From the NCBI GenBank assembly GCA_051294375.1, contig JBJCIZ010000403.1:17956-67177 (forward strand): a stretch of DNA of 49,222 nt. The letters run 5' to 3'. This stretch comes from Paraspadella gotoi. Its lineage: Eukaryota > Animalia > Chaetognatha. The position numbers and the translations under genes are program-made. Positions within the stretch are counted from its first letter, which is position 1; the number at the start of each line of letters is the position of its first letter. Below the pieces are notes generated by a model. The model made no database searches. It was not told where the DNA came from and saw only the letters and a list, made by a program, of their open reading frames with translations. Below, one piece after another: positions 46,976-49,222 of the stretch.

Positions 46976-48689
46976 AAATTTCAACCAATTAGAGACATAA
47001 GACAGAACTATTGCGAGTCATTCAAATTAAACTTTAACTCAGATATGTTGAACCATTAAAAATAAAGAAGTCAGGGGCTTCAATTCAGATTAAAAAGTTC
47101 TTTATAAAACTCTTTAAACAACATATGCCCTGAATGAATCTTTATCGAGTACTTTACTGCATACTCCCGAAATTAGTATATAGTAAACTATATTTTAATT
47201 TTGGCGACGAGTAAACGCAGCTTCCGCCTAATTCAGGCGTCTGCTTAAGCTTTCTTTTCTCTCTTCTCTCTCTCTCGCTCTCTCCTTATCATCTTTCTCT
47301 CTTACAGCATCTCTTTGCGTGATCGTTCGTTTTTTTGAAAAATTCCTGATTATTTTTTTCCTTCTAAAAACTTTCTATTATTGCCCATTATTCCGCCGCT
47401 TTTTCTCTTGTACCTGGATTTAGTGGCCGTGCGAGGGCAAGGACGAGTAAACAATGTCAAGGGAAAACGATGAACCTAATAACGCACGACCTAACGCAAT
47501 ATTATTATCTATTATTTGGAAGTCAAAAAAATATCATAGTCGTTAACTGAGCTATTTTTCAACTATTATGATTTTTGTTAATAGGATTATAATTTTTCAA
47601 GTGTACACCACAAAAAATTTCCTTATATGGCTTCTTTGTTTCTCGCTCTCTCTCTCTTTCTCTCTCTCCCCTCTCTCTCTCTCTATCTCCTCTCTGTCTC
47701 TCTTCCTCTCTCTCTTTCTCTTTTTTCCTTCTAAAAACTTTTATTTCGCCCATTTATTCCGCGCTTTTTTCTCTCAACTTAGCAAAATTCCCAAATTTAC
47801 ATCCGGAGATTTTCTGGATTCTTTTCCTTAAAAATTCTGACTTATTCCTCTTATATTTAAACGCAGAGGAAGAACCTAATAATGGCGTTTCGTTGGAGGT
47901 AAAACTGTCACAGCCTCTTCTCTCTCTCTCTCTCTCATCTCCTCTCTCTCTGCTTTCAGCTCATACACGCATTTGTTTTGTTTTATTTTTACGATGAATG
48001 ATTTATCGCGTCAATCGAATACGTATCATCTCATCAATGAATGACTACATCGTAATCACATGGAAATGAATTTATCATCATATTCAATAAATGACTATCA
48101 TCGCATCAACTCATTGATTATCACTCACAGTCCAGTCACCAGTCTTCTGTTATCATTCCGCATCAATTATTTGGTTATCATCGCGTCACATATTTGCGTT
48201 ATCATCGCATCAATATTTTGGTTATCATCGAATATTCCGATATTTGGTTAGCGGCATCGAAAGCGGCTGCGATCCCTTATTGACTTCTTTAAGATTTTTT
48301 CTCTTTTTCATTTTATAATGATTTTGACACTTAAAATGATTTCAGGTTAAATGAAATAGTCCGGTGTTGAATCGCGGAAATTTTTATTTAAAAAGAAATT
48401 AAAAGGAAGTTTGGAGAAAAAAAACTAATTTTTCCTAATATTCTTTTGAAGGAATCAAAGATAAAGGGATGCGCAATAGTACCGAAAATGAAGGCCAGGT
48501 AATCCACTAGGGCACATACAAGAGATTACCACATATTTAGCAAGTTACGTTATGCTGGAAAAACCTCCTTACAGGGTGAGTGCAGACTAAGGTCAAAATT
48601 ATAATGAATTTTAAAACTAATGACAACCTCCCATAGAATAAATGGAGAACTTTAATCTTTAATGATTCTGGAAAGAAGAAAAAAGGCTA

Positions 48690-49222
48690 AATGTGAAATA
48701 AACGGGAGCTGTCGAGAGAGTTCTTGATTGAAAGCGTGCGGGGACCTGCTACTGTAATTATCTTGTAAGAGTGCATGGGAGGCCTTAAACCACCAAAGCC
48801 TGTCCAAAGTCAGCGAGGCAAGATAGCCTTATTTATTTAAGATGAATGGACTGTAATTTTTATATTGGTAGCTACCGAATTTCATAAAACTCAGTCCATG
48901 TATTTTGGCATGCATAGAGCGGAGTACAATACACGTATCTCCCCACGGATCTGAATAACTGTTAAGGGAGTAGGTTCTTTCAGTACCATTGAAACATTGC
49001 TTTGAAATATTTTCGGCACTTCATCATAGGGAAGGCGCGTACTCCTGGGATGAATAAAGCGGGACTGTGGAGAGCAGTCTGGCGATTGAAAGCTCGCAGG
49101 GACCTGGCGCTAGTAATATATCTGTAAAGAGTGGATGGAGGCCTTTAGAACCACTCAAAGCTGTGGTCCGAACAGTCAGCGGGGCCAATGATAGCTTATA
49201 GTTATTAAAATCGAAATGGGAT
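48690..49222 (+). repeat. ~360-bp tandem repeat running off the window
   Basis: 48697-48850 is repeated from 49053. Related to 29845-29900 (+) and 31200-31350 (-). Confidence 0.7.

Noticed and set aside
42224-47831. Many F/L/K-rich ORFs
   Set aside because: Low-complexity translations of satellite and (CT)n sequence.

Overview
AT-rich, repeat-dense eukaryotic (most likely invertebrate animal) nuclear DNA from a long-read gap-filled assembly, with N gaps at 3935-3944, 19179-19203 and 24760-24769. Most ORFs in the supplied track are spurious. A spliced host gene on the minus strand is supported by small GC-richer exons with splice sites: an EGF-like exon cluster at 38600-39114, exons at 5885-6699, and probably 14701-14809. 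The space between is filled with transposon debris: a Penelope-like retroelement (RT + GIY-YIG, 17-bp TSD), a second GIY-YIG relic, a 5'-truncated L1/Tx1-type LINE, a Gypsy integrase relic, hAT-type elements with 8-bp TSDs, DINE-1/HINE-like elements, a tRNA-derived SINE, MITEs and a ~560-bp satellite. The 4.5-kb direct duplication flanking the 25-N gap is probably an assembly artefact. The most distinctive signal is about 12 minimal hammerhead-ribozyme-like motifs. Six of them sit as divergent pairs inside three non-coding fold-back palindromes that share the geometry of the coding Penelope copy. A ~465-nt, strongly folded, strand-biased island of unknown identity is also notable.
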